From positions 397,013 through 461,012 of the forward strand of contig CBDANC010000015.1 in assembly GCA_965197425.1 (NCBI GenBank): DNA of 64,000 nt. The letters run 5' to 3'. Of this stretch, positions 1-10,002 are shown one piece after another; position 1 is the first letter of the stretch, and the number at the start of each line of letters is the position of its first letter. The notes beneath the pieces were generated by a model. That model searched no databases. It was not told where the DNA came from and saw nothing but the letters and a program-made list of their open reading frames with translations. This DNA comes from Bdellovibrionales bacterium. GTDB taxonomy: Bacteria > Bdellovibrionota > Bdellovibrionia > Bdellovibrionales > JAUICD01. The translations under genes were made by a program, and so were the position numbers.

Positions 1-1
1 T

Positions 2-787
2 CCATACATTGACCTAACCAACCTAAATGAAACTGATACAAAAGATGATATTAAAAAACTTGTAAATAAGGCTTTGTCTTTAAAACATAAAAATTTACCA
101 TCTGTAGCAAGCATTTGTATCTATCCTTCCATGCTAAAGTTTGCAAAAGAAAGACTGGATGGAAACTCCACTTGTAGTGAAAACTCCGCTCGTAGTGGAT
201 ACTCCACTGGTAGAAGTAGCAAAATCAATGTGGAAACTCCACTGGTAATTGCTACAGTTACGGGTGGTTTTCCCTCCGGAAAACTTAACTTAGAATCAAA
301 GTTGATAGAAACTAAAGAAGCAATCCAAATGGGGGCAGATGAAATTGACTTTACTATTTGTAGAGACTACTGTAAGCCTTCCGAAGCCCAAAAATTATTT
401 GATGAAATTTACAATATAAAAAAACTAGTGGGAAGAAGACCTCTAAAGGTAATTTTGGAGACAGAAGAGCTACATAGCTATGACAAAATAAAATTGGCAT
501 CCAACATAGCACTCTATGCAGGTGCTGACTTTATCAAAACCTCAACAGGAAAAATTAAAGGTCCACTTGATCACAAAATAGCCTCTTTTCTAGTTATTAT
601 GGATAGCATCCTAGATTTCTACAACCAAACAAAAAAGCAAGTTGGTATAAAGGTATCCGGAGGTATTAGTGGGGTGGATACAGCCATGCTCTTTTTTAAT
701 ATGGTACAAACACAAATGGGGGAAAAATGGGTAAGCCCCAAATTTTTTAGAATAGGCTCAAGTAAACTTATGGATAATATTGTTTAG
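2..787 (+). CDS. deoC: Deoxyribose-phosphate aldolase, 5' end outside the window
   Basis: The frame is open from position 2 (PYIDLTNL...). Motifs GADEID, LKVILET, ADFIKTSTGK, GIKVSGGI and FRIGSS are typical of DERA. Carries an ~30-aa repeat-derived insertion at 158-246. Confidence 0.93.
   Translation, partial: PYIDLTNLNETDTKDDIKKLVNKALSLKHKNLPSVASICIYPSMLKFAKERLDGNSTCSENSARSGYSTGRSSKINVETPLVIATVTGGFPSGKLNLESKLIETKEAIQMGADEIDFTICRDYCKPSEAQKLFDEIYNIKKLVGRRPLKVILETEELHSYDKIKLASNIALYAGADFIKTSTGKIKGPLDHKIASFLVIMDSILDFYNQTKKQVGIKVSGGISGVDTAMLFFNMVQTQMGEKWVSPKFFRIGSSKLMDNIV
158..246 (-). repeat. Four copies (3 tandem + 1) of the 18-bp mini-palindrome, in reverse orientation, inside deoC
   Basis: Units 158-175, 176-193, 194-211 and 229-246 are reverse complements of the ACCAGTGGAGTTTCCACT unit seen in nusB, secF and tyrS. 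Confidence 0.85.
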
Positions 788-907
788 ATCGGGCAATCGG
801 GCAATCGGGCAATCAGTCAATCAGGCAATCGGGCAATCGGGCAATCGGGCAATCAGTCAATCAGTCAATCAGGCAATCGGGCAATCGGGCAATCGGGCAA
901 TCAGGCA
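788..907 (+). repeat. 15 x 8-bp tandem repeat (ATCGGGCA / ATCAGTCA / ATCAGGCA), 5' flank of four-helix-bundle element copy 1
   Basis: Counted directly; starts immediately after the deoC stop codon. Confidence 0.97.
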
Positions 908-916
908 AACTGGCTA

Positions 917-993
917 TGGTCTCCTTTTTTTAAAAATATTTCCTCCCAGATAAAAACCATGGAGCAAATATTTTTTTCAAAAAAAGGAGACTA
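917..993 (+). promoter_or_regulatory. Long leader hairpin occluding the Shine-Dalgarno sequence of the four-helix-bundle gene
   Basis: GTCTCCTTTTTTT (919-931) pairs with AAAAAAAGGAGAC (979-991); inner stem AAAAATATTTCCTCC / GGAGCAAATATTTTT. Confidence 0.7.
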
Positions 994-1001
994 TATACAT
1001 T

Positions 1002-1295
1002 ATGAAAAATTTTAAAACATATCAATTAGCTGTTCAGTTCTACAATAATTCTAAAGGGATATACCTAAAAGAACCACTCAAAAATCAATTCCAAAGAGCT
1101 ATATTAAGCATAGTATTAAATTTGGTTGAAGGTAGTGCAAAGTTCAGTAACAAAGAAAGACGAAAATACTACAGAACCAGTTTAGGCTCACTTAGAGAAA
1201 CACAAGCTATACTAGATCTCATAGATCATAAAAAGCTAACAGAAGAAGCAAGTAGGTTAGGAGGGTATCTTTACAAACTTTGCAAGAATACATAA
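1002..1295 (+). CDS. Four helix bundle protein (23S rRNA-IVP / bAvd-like family)
   Basis: 97 aa; YQLA...L..QF.RA..SI.LN..EGS...F...SLGS.RE....L pattern of the TIGR02436/PF05635-type family; AGGAG RBS. Confidence 0.88.
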   Translation: MKNFKTYQLAVQFYNNSKGIYLKEPLKNQFQRAILSIVLNLVEGSAKFSNKERRKYYRTSLGSLRETQAILDLIDHKKLTEEASRLGGYLYKLCKNT

Positions 1296-1356
1296 TCGAG
1301 GAACCAGGCAACGGATCACAGATTCCAGATAACGGATCCCCGATCTAGTCGGGCAA

Positions 1357-1821
1357 TTATGAGCGTCCAGATCGGATCTTAGATTGCATTCGAGCCATGA
1401 GACTTACAGCCATTCTTTCATGAGCCTCACACATTCTAAGCTCATCTTTTCTATAACTTTTTTGACTTGGTGTTAGAGCACCCATTTCTATTTCCATTTC
1501 ATAATCCAGCTTGTTGGACCTGATGCTTTCCAACTCCTTTGATTGCTGCTTAAACAACTTCACAAGACCACTATTAGGAGCAATCTCAAGCCACTCCTGC
1601 TTGCTCTTATACCAGCTAACCATTCTTAGAAATCTTGCCTTGTTCTTGGCCAGAGTAAATTTAGGATAATCAGACTCATCTAGATGTAGTATGTTATCCT
1701 GTCTCCACCTCTCCTTGTTCTTATCATCACTCCAAGGATTCTGTTTGTCCCAAGGCTTTACCTTCTTTGACAGAGAATCCGTTACAGAAGGATCCCCTCT
1801 ATCCGTTTCGATATTATCCAC
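1357..1821 (-). CDS. Hypothetical protein
   Basis: 154-aa ORF with a purine-rich RBS (GGGAGAGAG) before GTG; no recognisable motif. Confidence 0.7.
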   Translation of the reverse strand: MDNIETDRGDPSVTDSLSKKVKPWDKQNPWSDDKNKERWRQDNILHLDESDYPKFTLAKNKARFLRMVSWYKSKQEWLEIAPNSGLVKLFKQQSKELESIRSNKLDYEMEIEMGALTPSQKSYRKDELRMCEAHERMAVSLMARMQSKIRSGRS

Positions 1822-2035
1822 GCTCTCTCTCCCTTTTAAACACTACGGCTAACCTAAAACAAGGCCTGCCAAAGGGCCATAAAACATTATTCTCCTACCA
1901 AAAAGCAAGGTAACACTACCATAATGCCATTAACATATCAATCAACTGACAGTGAATAATTTACATTTGTTGGTCATTTATTAGGTATATAAAAATTACT
2001 ATATATTTATTCTTTGCATTTTGTTACGAAGCACC

Positions 2036-3676
2036 ATGGTTTTGAAATTATCTGGTGTTTTGGTTTTTATTTTTGTTGGTGTGGCCAGTTATATTTATGG
2101 CCAGAGTGGTTCTGATGTAGTGGGTAATTGGTATAGTGTGTTGCCCCCTGTATTTGCGGTTACTGTAGCTCTTATTACCAACAATGTTTTTATAAGTTTA
2201 ATTGGTGCGGTTCTTCTTGGTGCTTTTTTAATCAAGATGCCTTCTGGTGAATTTCTTACGGGTGTACTTGATTCACTCTACAAGTTTTTTAGTATTCCTA
2301 TTCTGGAGTTAACAGATACTTTTAATCTTCAGGTCATTGGTTTTGTTGTATGTGTTTTGGCTTTGATCTCTGTTGTTATAGTTTCTGGTGGTTTAAAGGC
2401 TGTGATTCGGTACATATCGGTTTATGCGAATGGCAGAAAGTCTACTAATTTTGTAACCTTTGTTTTGGGAATTTTGATGTTCATAGATGATTATGCCAAT
2501 ACTATGTTGGTTGGCTCTTCTATGAGAGGAGTCTATGATGCAAATAAAATTTCGAGGGAAAAGCTGGCATTCATAGTTGATTCAACAGCAGCTCCCATTG
2601 CTGGGCTTGTTTTTATAAGTACTTGGGTTGGGTATGAAGTTGGTCTTTTGGGTCAGGTAGCGGGTGATTTAACCCTAGGGGTAGGGGGTTTTTCTATGTT
2701 TTTTGATGCAGTAATTTTTAGATTTTACTGCATATTTACATTGGTGTTTGTGTTGGTGAACATATTTTTGGATAAAGATTTTGGACCAATGGCCTCTGCT
2801 GAGGCCAGTACCACACAGGTTCCTGTTAGTAAAGAAATTCAATCAGACAAAAATGCTGTGCCTAGTGTTATGGTTGCGCTAGTGCCAATGGTGTTTTTGG
2901 TTTTGTATGTATTTATGGGTCTGTGGATAGATGGTGGAGGAGGTAAGGTTATAAGTGAAAAGTCCGTTTTATCTCTTCTTAGTTTTTCTGATTGGAAAGA
3001 TGTAGTATCCGCTTCAGAAAATAATATATTGATACTTTTTCATGCCTCTCTATACGGGCTTATTTTGGCTATGATTTTGGGAATATCTATCTCAAAGGTT
3101 CATGTAAGAAATATCTTTAAGGGCGCACTACGTGGTGTTAAAAAGAGTATGCTTCCTATTTCTATCCTAGTGCTGGCATGGTCTATTAAAACAGTTTGTA
3201 AAGAACTTGAGACAGGACCGTTTTTGGTATCAATCTTGGCAGACTCTATATCTCCAGTTTGGTTTCCTATAATACTTTTTGTTATCGCCGGATTAACAGC
3301 ATTTACTACCGGTACTTCTTGGGGAACCATGGCTATTCTCATTCCATTTGCAATTCCATTGGCAAGTGCATTGGACGGAGGAGCTTACGGGCTGGTTACC
3401 ATACTTTCCGTGGCTACTATTTTAGACGGTGCAATTTTTGGGGATCACTGCTCTCCGATTTCAGACACAACAATTATGAGTTCGATATCAAGTGGATGTG
3501 ATCATATGTCACATGTAAAAACCCAAGCACCTTACTCAGTGGTTATAGCATCTGTAGCTTTGATTGGTTATTACTTATCTAGTATGGTCCATTTTGTAAT
3601 AACATTTGCTTTAGGCATTGCTTTAATATTTCTGTTACATAAATATCTATGTAAGCTCTGGAACAAAAATAGTTGA
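2036..3676 (+). CDS. Na+/H+ antiporter NhaC family transporter
   Basis: Multi-TM protein; motifs FIDDYAN, SREKLAFIVDSTAAP, TGTSWGTMAIL and GAIFGDHCSPISDTTIMSS. Confidence 0.9.
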   Translation: MVLKLSGVLVFIFVGVASYIYGQSGSDVVGNWYSVLPPVFAVTVALITNNVFISLIGAVLLGAFLIKMPSGEFLTGVLDSLYKFFSIPILELTDTFNLQVIGFVVCVLALISVVIVSGGLKAVIRYISVYANGRKSTNFVTFVLGILMFIDDYANTMLVGSSMRGVYDANKISREKLAFIVDSTAAPIAGLVFISTWVGYEVGLLGQVAGDLTLGVGGFSMFFDAVIFRFYCIFTLVFVLVNIFLDKDFGPMASAEASTTQVPVSKEIQSDKNAVPSVMVALVPMVFLVLYVFMGLWIDGGGGKVISEKSVLSLLSFSDWKDVVSASENNILILFHASLYGLILAMILGISISKVHVRNIFKGALRGVKKSMLPISILVLAWSIKTVCKELETGPFLVSILADSISPVWFPIILFVIAGLTAFTTGTSWGTMAILIPFAIPLASALDGGAYGLVTILSVATILDGAIFGDHCSPISDTTIMSSISSGCDHMSHVKTQAPYSVVIASVALIGYYLSSMVHFVITFALGIALIFLLHKYLCKLWNKNS

Positions 3677-4165
3677 TCGGACAACCAAGTAGCAGTCAAT
3701 CGGGTGTCTGATTAGATCTGTGATCTGGCACTCAGGGATCTGATATCTGCATCCGGGATCTGGCATCAAGCATCCGTAATATTCTTAATTTTTCCAAAAA
3801 AATTTCCTCCCATCAAATGATGGTAAGGAGGAAATTTTCTATGAAAAAATTAAAAACATACCAACTAGCTAAAAAGTTTTATCAAAACTCAAAAAAACTC
3901 TGCTTAAAAGAACCACTAAAAAATCAGTTCCAAAGAGCTACCTTAAGCATTGTACTAAATATCGCAGAGGGGAGTGCCAAACCAACAATAAAAGAAAGAA
4001 AAAGATTCTATGTAATAAGCCTAGGATCGCTTAGAGAAGTACAAGCCATACTAGATCTGATAGAACACAAAAACCTAATGGAAGAAGCAAATATACTCGG
4101 AGGATTTTTATACCAATTATGGAAAAATACATGATCCCAGGATGCCAGATCCCAGATCTGGTATT
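3677..4165 (+). mobile_element. Putative four-helix-bundle mini-element, copy 2
   Basis: Perfect 13-bp inverted repeat GGGATCTGGCATC (3755-3767) / GATGCCAGATCCC (4141-4153); GATCTG-rich flanks; SD-occluding hairpin at 3799-3838. Confidence 0.6.
3841..4134 (+). CDS. Four helix bundle protein (paralog 2)
   Basis: ATG at 3841 after AGGAGG gives 97 aa, colinear with 1002..1295. Confidence 0.88.
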   Translation: MKKLKTYQLAKKFYQNSKKLCLKEPLKNQFQRATLSIVLNIAEGSAKPTIKERKRFYVISLGSLREVQAILDLIEHKNLMEEANILGGFLYQLWKNT

Positions 4166-5155
4166 CTAGATAGCTTTTTTTAGTTTTTCTACTATGGTGT
4201 TTTTTAGTTTGTGGAAATCATCTTTCACCACCGCACCCGAAGAGTTAAAATGACCCCCTCCTCCAAGCTCTCTTGCAATGTTGAAGACATCAACATTACC
4301 CCTACTTCTTAGAGATACTTTATATTGGCTTGGAGCATCTTCTCTGAATAGAACAACGGCTTTCAAAACATCAACTTTCATAATGGAATCTATAATATCA
4401 CCAGTATCATCAATGCTGATATTATGCTCCAGCATAGACTTGCTGCTTATATGTATAATACCAATTTTGTTGTCATGTAGGTATTCTAAGTTACTAATCG
4501 TCTTAGCTAAGAAATGCATTTTGCTAATACTGTAGTTGCCAAATATTTCTCTATGTACTTGCTCAGGATTTTTTTCATATTCTAAAATTTCAACTGCAAT
4601 TTTGTGTGATTGAGAAGAGCCTCTTATATATTTAAACACCTGAGTGTCGAAGCAAACCGCAGTATAAACTGCTCTAGCTATGTCTTTATTCATTGGTATG
4701 CCCATTTTTTTTATTAAGTGATAAACTACCTCACCAGATGAAGCTGCATCTTTGTTTATTAAAAAGGACACGTTTTCGTAATGTTTGTCTTTTGAAATAT
4801 GATGATCAACAAATATTATATGTTTACATTTTTCTTCAAATTCAGAAAATAAATCTCCAACATGGTCTGGATCGTTGGTATCAAATATTAAAGCCAAGTC
4901 TGTAGGCTCTAAGTTTTTGTGTTTTTGCTTTTTGTTTTCAATTTTATCTGAATGTTTTAAAAAACCATATCTAGGAGGAGTTGGATCCAGATTCAATATC
5001 CTTACCTTTTTCCCCAGGTGTTTAAGTGCATAGTACATGGCCATTTCTGATCCCAGACCATCCCCATCAGGTTCTCTATGCGTACTCAAAACAACACTAT
5101 TTGCCTTAGTTATAATGTCAGAAACTGAGTCAAGTTCTAGCTTTAAACTACCCAT
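4166..5155 (-). CDS. nrnA: Bifunctional oligoribonuclease/PAP phosphatase (DHH/DHHA1)
   Basis: H..PDGDG.GS, DHH, SLRS and GGGH motifs. Confidence 0.88.
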   Translation of the reverse strand: MGSLKLELDSVSDIITKANSVVLSTHREPDGDGLGSEMAMYYALKHLGKKVRILNLDPTPPRYGFLKHSDKIENKKQKHKNLEPTDLALIFDTNDPDHVGDLFSEFEEKCKHIIFVDHHISKDKHYENVSFLINKDAASSGEVVYHLIKKMGIPMNKDIARAVYTAVCFDTQVFKYIRGSSQSHKIAVEILEYEKNPEQVHREIFGNYSISKMHFLAKTISNLEYLHDNKIGIIHISSKSMLEHNISIDDTGDIIDSIMKVDVLKAVVLFREDAPSQYKVSLRSRGNVDVFNIARELGGGGHFNSSGAVVKDDFHKLKNTIVEKLKKAI

Positions 5156-5212
5156 TACCGTACAACTCCTATAAGCTTCTCCCGTCCTTATCGGATAAAA
5201 TTCTAAAAAACA

Positions 5213-6565
5213 CTAATATATATTAAAGTATTTCATTGCTATGGTGGCTATACCAAGGAATGATAGAAATCCAAAACAATCGGTTATTGTAGTCACTAAA
5301 ACACCACTTCCTGAAGCTGGATCCCATTTTTGTTTTTTTAAAAACAAAGGGATAATAGCACCCATTACAGATGCTACAAATGAGTTTAAAATCATCGATA
5401 TGCAGATAATTACACTTACTAACAAATGGCTTTTCCACAAATAGACAATCACTCCGGCACAAATACCGGTTATCAGTCCTAATGAAATGCCAACTTTTAT
5501 TTCTTTTAAGATGGCTTTTGTATGGCTTATAAAATCAAAGTCACCTGTTGCCAGACCTCTGGTTACCACAGTAAGTGTTTGAATGCCCATGTTTCCACCT
5601 GTGCCAGAGACTATGTTGTTAAGTGTGGCTAGTATGATTAGTTTGCTCATGGTTTCTTCAAAAAAAGAAATCACCAGGCTGATTAGCCCAGCGAAGATCA
5701 GGTTGAGCATCATCCATGGTAATCTATTTTTTATACTCTCTATTGGTCTGGTATATACCTTATCATCTTCTTGAAGCCCTGCTTGTTTATATATATTTTT
5801 TGTAGCTCTATCTTCAATAATATCTATTATGTCATCTACAGCAATAACGCCCTTCAGTTGTCCCTCATTGTTTAAGACAGGTATGGCTAACAGATCACTT
5901 GTACCTACTAGCTCTGCAACCTCCAAAGTTTTGGTATCGGTAGATGCACTTATCACATCTGTTTTCATAATGTGTTTTATTAAAGTATCTTCACTAGCTG
6001 TTACCAGGTTTCTTAAAGAAATAACTCCTTTAAATTTATTGTCATTTGAAACACAGAATACATAGTATATAGGTTTTTCTTTTACATAGCTTCTGACCTG
6101 AGAAATAGTTTCTTTTACCGTTATGTCTTCGTTAACTGAGAAAGCATTAAGCTGCATGTCTCTTCCTGCTGTTTTTTCTTCGTAGCTAAGTATTTGCCTG
6201 AGCCTGGTTCTTGTTGCTATTGGAAGTTCATTTAAAATTTTGTTCTGATCATCCTTGTTAAGTGAGCTTATAAAATGTGATGCATGTTCCTCTGAACTGA
6301 CACTACAGATTTTTACAAATGTGTGTAAATCTTTGCTAAAAAAATCTCTTATAGTAGGTTCTGGTAATTCCCAAAAAACCTTACCCACCTTACCTATTGA
6401 GATTAAACCTCTGGTCAGTGTGTCTATTTCTGATTTATTCAGAGCAAAATATAACTTACTAAGCTCCCTAGGCTCGGTTTTAGATAATATTCTCCTCAAA
6501 GGTTTCTGACCTTTGGAGTTTAAGAGCCTTTTAATAATAGACATATTGGTATTACTGTTATACAT
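5213..6565 (-). CDS. mgtE: Magnesium transporter MgtE
   Basis: N-terminal domain, CBS pair, RLPW, GGN.G.Q and DPA.GSG..VTT.TD motifs. Confidence 0.93.
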   Translation of the reverse strand: MYNSNTNMSIIKRLLNSKGQKPLRRILSKTEPRELSKLYFALNKSEIDTLTRGLISIGKVGKVFWELPEPTIRDFFSKDLHTFVKICSVSSEEHASHFISSLNKDDQNKILNELPIATRTRLRQILSYEEKTAGRDMQLNAFSVNEDITVKETISQVRSYVKEKPIYYVFCVSNDNKFKGVISLRNLVTASEDTLIKHIMKTDVISASTDTKTLEVAELVGTSDLLAIPVLNNEGQLKGVIAVDDIIDIIEDRATKNIYKQAGLQEDDKVYTRPIESIKNRLPWMMLNLIFAGLISLVISFFEETMSKLIILATLNNIVSGTGGNMGIQTLTVVTRGLATGDFDFISHTKAILKEIKVGISLGLITGICAGVIVYLWKSHLLVSVIICISMILNSFVASVMGAIIPLFLKKQKWDPASGSGVLVTTITDCFGFLSFLGIATIAMKYFNIY

Positions 6566-6673
6566 AGCCCCTTTACTAGCATGCCAGATTGTGTTTTACA
6601 AACTGAGGCAATTCGAGGGATAGGTAATTCTTCACTAATCTAAAATCTGGCCTATCAAATTTAAGAGGGTTTT

Positions 6674-7153
6674 ATGGCAAATGATCAACTTCCTATAACA
6701 GAACGTGGTAAAAGGAAGCTAGAAGCCGAGCTGAAAACGTTGATACAAGTTGAAAGATCTAAGGTTGTCAAAGCAATTGAAGAGGCAAGAGAGCAAGGTG
6801 ATCTAAGTGAAAATGTAGACTACGATGCTGCAAAAGAAAGACAGGGGTGGATAGAGGCTAGAATTTCAGAAATACAGGGCAGACTAGCAGGGGCAGAAGT
6901 TATAGATCCATCAAAACTTAAATCAGATAAAATTATATTTGGTGCCAAAGTAACCCTGTTAGACTGCGAAGAAGACAAAAAAGTCGTGTACCAAATCACA
7001 GGACCAGAAGAATCTGATGTAAAAGAGGGCAGGATTTCGATACTATCCCCACTGGCTAGGGTACTAATAGGAAAAAAAATTTCAGCTGTCGTGGAACTAT
7101 CTACCGCCAATTTTACCAAAGAATATGAAGTATTAGACATAAAATTTGAGTAA
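6674..7153 (+). CDS. greA: Transcription elongation factor GreA
   Basis: AREQGDLSEN..YDAAKE.Q and IS..SPLAR.LIGK motifs. Confidence 0.96.
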   Translation: MANDQLPITERGKRKLEAELKTLIQVERSKVVKAIEEAREQGDLSENVDYDAAKERQGWIEARISEIQGRLAGAEVIDPSKLKSDKIIFGAKVTLLDCEEDKKVVYQITGPEESDVKEGRISILSPLARVLIGKKISAVVELSTANFTKEYEVLDIKFE

Positions 7154-7392
7154 AAACTACCAAATTTATAGTGTAAAAAATTCAATTTTTATAGCTATTT
7201 ACTTAGGTTTTGGTATCTGTCGTCCTTAGTTGGTGCCATTTCTATGGCGGTTAGTGTAGTGTCTTTATCAGGTAAGATATGTTATTATGGTCTTTCCAGA
7301 TATAGAGCTGTACAGAGTTTAGGCCAGGTAGCCAACATAGGTGGCTGGTGTGTGTAACCAGACTTCATAGCCTGCTATCTTGGGAGGTGAGT

Positions 7393-7737
7393 GTGAGGAA
7401 GGCAATTAAGTTCATTGGTTTTGAACCGGATAGTGAGCTTGCGGATTACGCTCTTTGTGTTGTAAAGGACTTGAAGATGATGTCTCCTTCTAGGTCTTTT
7501 GTGATGCTCAATTTGAGAATGGTGTCTTGTGGTACCTATGAAGGTTCTGTTGATATAAAATCATTCCAGAAGCATTTTTTTGGTAGTCTTTCTGCCGGAA
7601 GTCCCAATGAGGTCTTGGAGTTGCTTTTCAACAAGTTGAAAAAGCAGATAGATGAATGGAAGGAGATTAGGTTCGATTCTGAGGAACCTCCCAGCGTAAA
7701 AGAACTAGACAGCAGTTTGTACGGCAGTAACTTCTAG
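7393..7737 (+). CDS. HPF/RaiA-like small protein (tentative)
   Basis: GGAGG RBS then GTG at 7393. The beta-alpha-beta-beta-beta-alpha pattern ending KLKKQIDEWK..RF resembles HPF-like proteins. Confidence 0.45.
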   Translation: MRKAIKFIGFEPDSELADYALCVVKDLKMMSPSRSFVMLNLRMVSCGTYEGSVDIKSFQKHFFGSLSAGSPNEVLELLFNKLKKQIDEWKEIRFDSEEPPSVKELDSSLYGSNF

Positions 7738-7786
7738 TTTAGTTACATCTTCTATTTCATATCATAGTTTTAAGAAAGTATTGTAC

Positions 7787-9424
7787 TCATGTGTCTGTGT
7801 AGCCAGGGCCGCCACCTCCCTCAGGCGGGACCCAAGAAATATTATTGTGCGGGCATTTTATATCACATGCTTTGCAGTGAATACAGTTAGTATAATTCAC
7901 CTGAAGGTTATGCTTGCCTGATTCTTCTACCATCTCATATACATTGGCTGGGCAAAAGAAATGGCAGGGTGAATTAAATGTTTCATAACAGCTATCACTA
8001 CATATCTTAGTATTGTGTACCTTCAAGTGATTTGGTGAATTTTCATCGTGTTTTGTTTTGGTTAAATAGACACTTGAAAGTTTATCTAAAAATAACTTGC
8101 CATCAGGTTTAGGAAGAGAGTTTATTTCTTTTTCTTTTTTGTTACCCCAAACATCTAGAACAGGCAATGTGGTTTTGTAGTCTTTTTTGACATTTTTTCC
8201 ACTTTTTAGTTTTTGAAAAAGTAATGATGGTATAGATGAAATAATATTGGGGGTTAGTGAGTGGTGAAAATTTCTAACTTCAAATAGTTCATCTCTTATG
8301 TAGCTGTTATTTACTTTATCTTGGTATTTTTCAAGTTGTTTAGAAAAGTCATTTTTTTTAAGACATTCTACTATTGTTTCAGAGGCTAGTATTCCTGCTT
8401 TCATACCCAGGTGAATTCCTTTTAGTTTCTTGTCATCCACCATTCCTGCAGAATCACCTATAACCAGCATGCCATCTGCAAAAAGCCTTGGCATGGAGTT
8501 ATATCCTCCAGAGGGTATGCACCTTGCTGCATACGATACTACCTCTCCACCTTTGATCATCTTGTATATGAAAGGATGAGCCTTTAATTGTTGAAGATAT
8601 CTGTGTGGATCAAATAAAGGGTCTGTTGTGTTTAAGTACCCAACCAAGCCTACTACTAAATCCTGTTTGGATATTGCGTATAGAAAAGTTCCTCCCACGG
8701 ATTTTTTTAGTGGATAGCCTAGAGTATGGATTATGGTTCCTGGAATAAATCGGTCTTCGTTTACATGGATGATTTCTTTAACTCCTTCGGAGTAGGTATC
8801 AGGAGATTTTCCTTTTCTTAAATCAAGTTTTTGGCAAACTTCTTGAAAAAGCGAACCTCTAGGTCCTTCTGCAAAAACTGTAACTTTTGCTTTAAGTTCA
8901 ATCCCAGGTTCAAAGTTAGATTTTGGTTTGGAGTGTTTATCTAAACCCATGTCACAGGTTTTCACACCCACAACTTTGTCACCATCATAGAGAGTTTCTA
9001 TTGCTGAAAAACCAGTAAAAATATCCACACCTTTTTGAATGGCAATTTCAGAAAGCCACTTGTTAAACTTGGAAACTGATATTACATAGTTACCTTTATT
9101 TTTTAACGATGGTGGAACTGGTATTCTCAGGCTTTTGGACTCAGATAAAAAATAGAATCTTTCTTTTGATACGCCTATGTCCAATGGTGAGTTTAGATCT
9201 TTATGATTTGGAATTAATTCATTCAGAGCAATTGGATTTAACACAGCTCCGGATACGCTGTGTCCTCCAATAGCTTCTGCCTTTTCTAAAATAGCGACAG
9301 TTGGGTTTAAATTTTCCTTGGAAGCCACATTTTTTAAATGAATTGCCAAAGACAGTGCTGCTGAACCACCACCTACTATAAGTACATCAACACTGATAGG
9401 TTCTTGCTTTGTCACAATATTCAC
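7787..9424 (-). CDS. Electron transfer flavoprotein-ubiquinone oxidoreductase
   Basis: FAD GGG.A motif, SGAV, KGIH.GMK.G, and C-terminal 4Fe-4S motifs CPANVYE...NCIHCKACDIK. Confidence 0.94.
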   Translation of the reverse strand: MNIVTKQEPISVDVLIVGGGSAALSLAIHLKNVASKENLNPTVAILEKAEAIGGHSVSGAVLNPIALNELIPNHKDLNSPLDIGVSKERFYFLSESKSLRIPVPPSLKNKGNYVISVSKFNKWLSEIAIQKGVDIFTGFSAIETLYDGDKVVGVKTCDMGLDKHSKPKSNFEPGIELKAKVTVFAEGPRGSLFQEVCQKLDLRKGKSPDTYSEGVKEIIHVNEDRFIPGTIIHTLGYPLKKSVGGTFLYAISKQDLVVGLVGYLNTTDPLFDPHRYLQQLKAHPFIYKMIKGGEVVSYAARCIPSGGYNSMPRLFADGMLVIGDSAGMVDDKKLKGIHLGMKAGILASETIVECLKKNDFSKQLEKYQDKVNNSYIRDELFEVRNFHHSLTPNIISSIPSLLFQKLKSGKNVKKDYKTTLPVLDVWGNKKEKEINSLPKPDGKLFLDKLSSVYLTKTKHDENSPNHLKVHNTKICSDSCYETFNSPCHFFCPANVYEMVEESGKHNLQVNYTNCIHCKACDIKCPHNNISWVPPEGGGGPGYTDT

Positions 9425-9436
9425 CTTTAGTTACTT

Positions 9437-9625
9437 GATTGGCATCAGTGTACAGAGCTGGGCAACCACGAGTCAAAAAAAAGTAAGCATAGCTTCCTTA
9501 TTTTTTATCTCGTTCGGAAGACCTTTAGTGGAAACAGGCACTCGTCCAAAAAATGTTCTGTCTTCACTTGTACTTCGTATGCTCGTTACGCCAGTCCATT
9601 TATTTGGCCTCACGAGGCTCACCTT
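9437..9625 (+). repeat. Intergenic REP-like mosaic repeat (module A plus a second hairpin)
   Basis: CAGAGCTGGGCAACCAC...AAAAAAGTA.GCATAGC.TCCTTATTTTT...GTTCGGAAGACCTT, shared with 23668, 38836, 45381 and 52743. Confidence 0.85.
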
Positions 9626-9894
9626 TATATTTCAAATGGTTTCGGGGAGATTAGTTTGGGTTTATTGAACTTAGAATAAGCAGCTATTCCTGACGGTAGA
9701 AGACCTAAATTCCTTGCTCTTTTAACTTCTAAAGACAACTTTTTTTGTTGCCTATAGCTAAGCTTACTTAACCTTGAGGGAATTATCTTAGCCCCTTCTG
9801 CTACAAACCTACGGAGGTCTATTGGATTTTTGTAGTCAAATACAAACCCTATAGGGTAATCCGATCTAAACTGTGTTTTGTTTTCATGCTTCAC
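9625..9894 (-). CDS. rpsR: 30S ribosomal protein S18 (no zinc-ligand cysteines)
   Basis: DYKN...LRRF...GAKI.P.R......QKKL..EVKRAR.LGLLP. Confidence 0.9.
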   Translation of the reverse strand: MKHENKTQFRSDYPIGFVFDYKNPIDLRRFVAEGAKIIPSRLSKLSYRQQKKLSLEVKRARNLGLLPSGIAAYSKFNKPKLISPKPFEI

Positions 9895-9911
9895 AAAAAC
9901 CTCTCAAAGGG

Positions 9912-9975
9912 TCTATAGCACATGTGTAAGGTGCAGGTCAAATGTATTGACTTATATTGTGTTCCTTGGTAGCTT
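9912..9975. promoter_or_regulatory. Divergent sigma70-like promoters for rpsR and rpmB
   Basis: + strand TTGACT-N17-TAGCTT (9947-9975); - strand TTGACC-N18-TATAGA with an extended TG (9912-9941). Confidence 0.45.
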
Positions 9976-10002
9976 CCCCGCTTGTTCCTTTGGAGATTTA
10001 AT

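Larger units (their letters stand above)
785..1356 (+). mobile_element. Putative four-helix-bundle mini-element, copy 1
   Basis: TAGATCGGG (785-793) and CCCGATCTA (1339-1347) are inverted termini. Also contains the octamer array, a leader hairpin (917-993) and a 97-aa ORF paralogous to 3841 and 21251. Confidence 0.6.

Noticed and set aside
788..907. CRISPR array
   Set aside because: Contiguous 8-bp units with no unique spacers, and no cas genes in the window.
1002..1295. 23S rRNA intervening sequence
   Set aside because: The family is named after rRNA IVSs, but no rRNA sequence flanks any copy here.
3100..6509. Antisense and overlapping small ORFs inside nhaC, nrnA and mgtE (and similar ones in lepA, feoB, fusA, groL, rny)
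   Set aside because: Fully overlapped by well-supported conserved genes, with no independent coding signal.
9435..9668. Short ORFs at 9435, 18586-18840, 45357, 50392, 52595, 57835 and the 5' extensions of 38903 and 57948
   Set aside because: They lie on the REP-like repeats and are translations of repeat DNA without RBS or protein motifs; only the last 10 codons of 18586-18840 are meaningful, as an element remnant.
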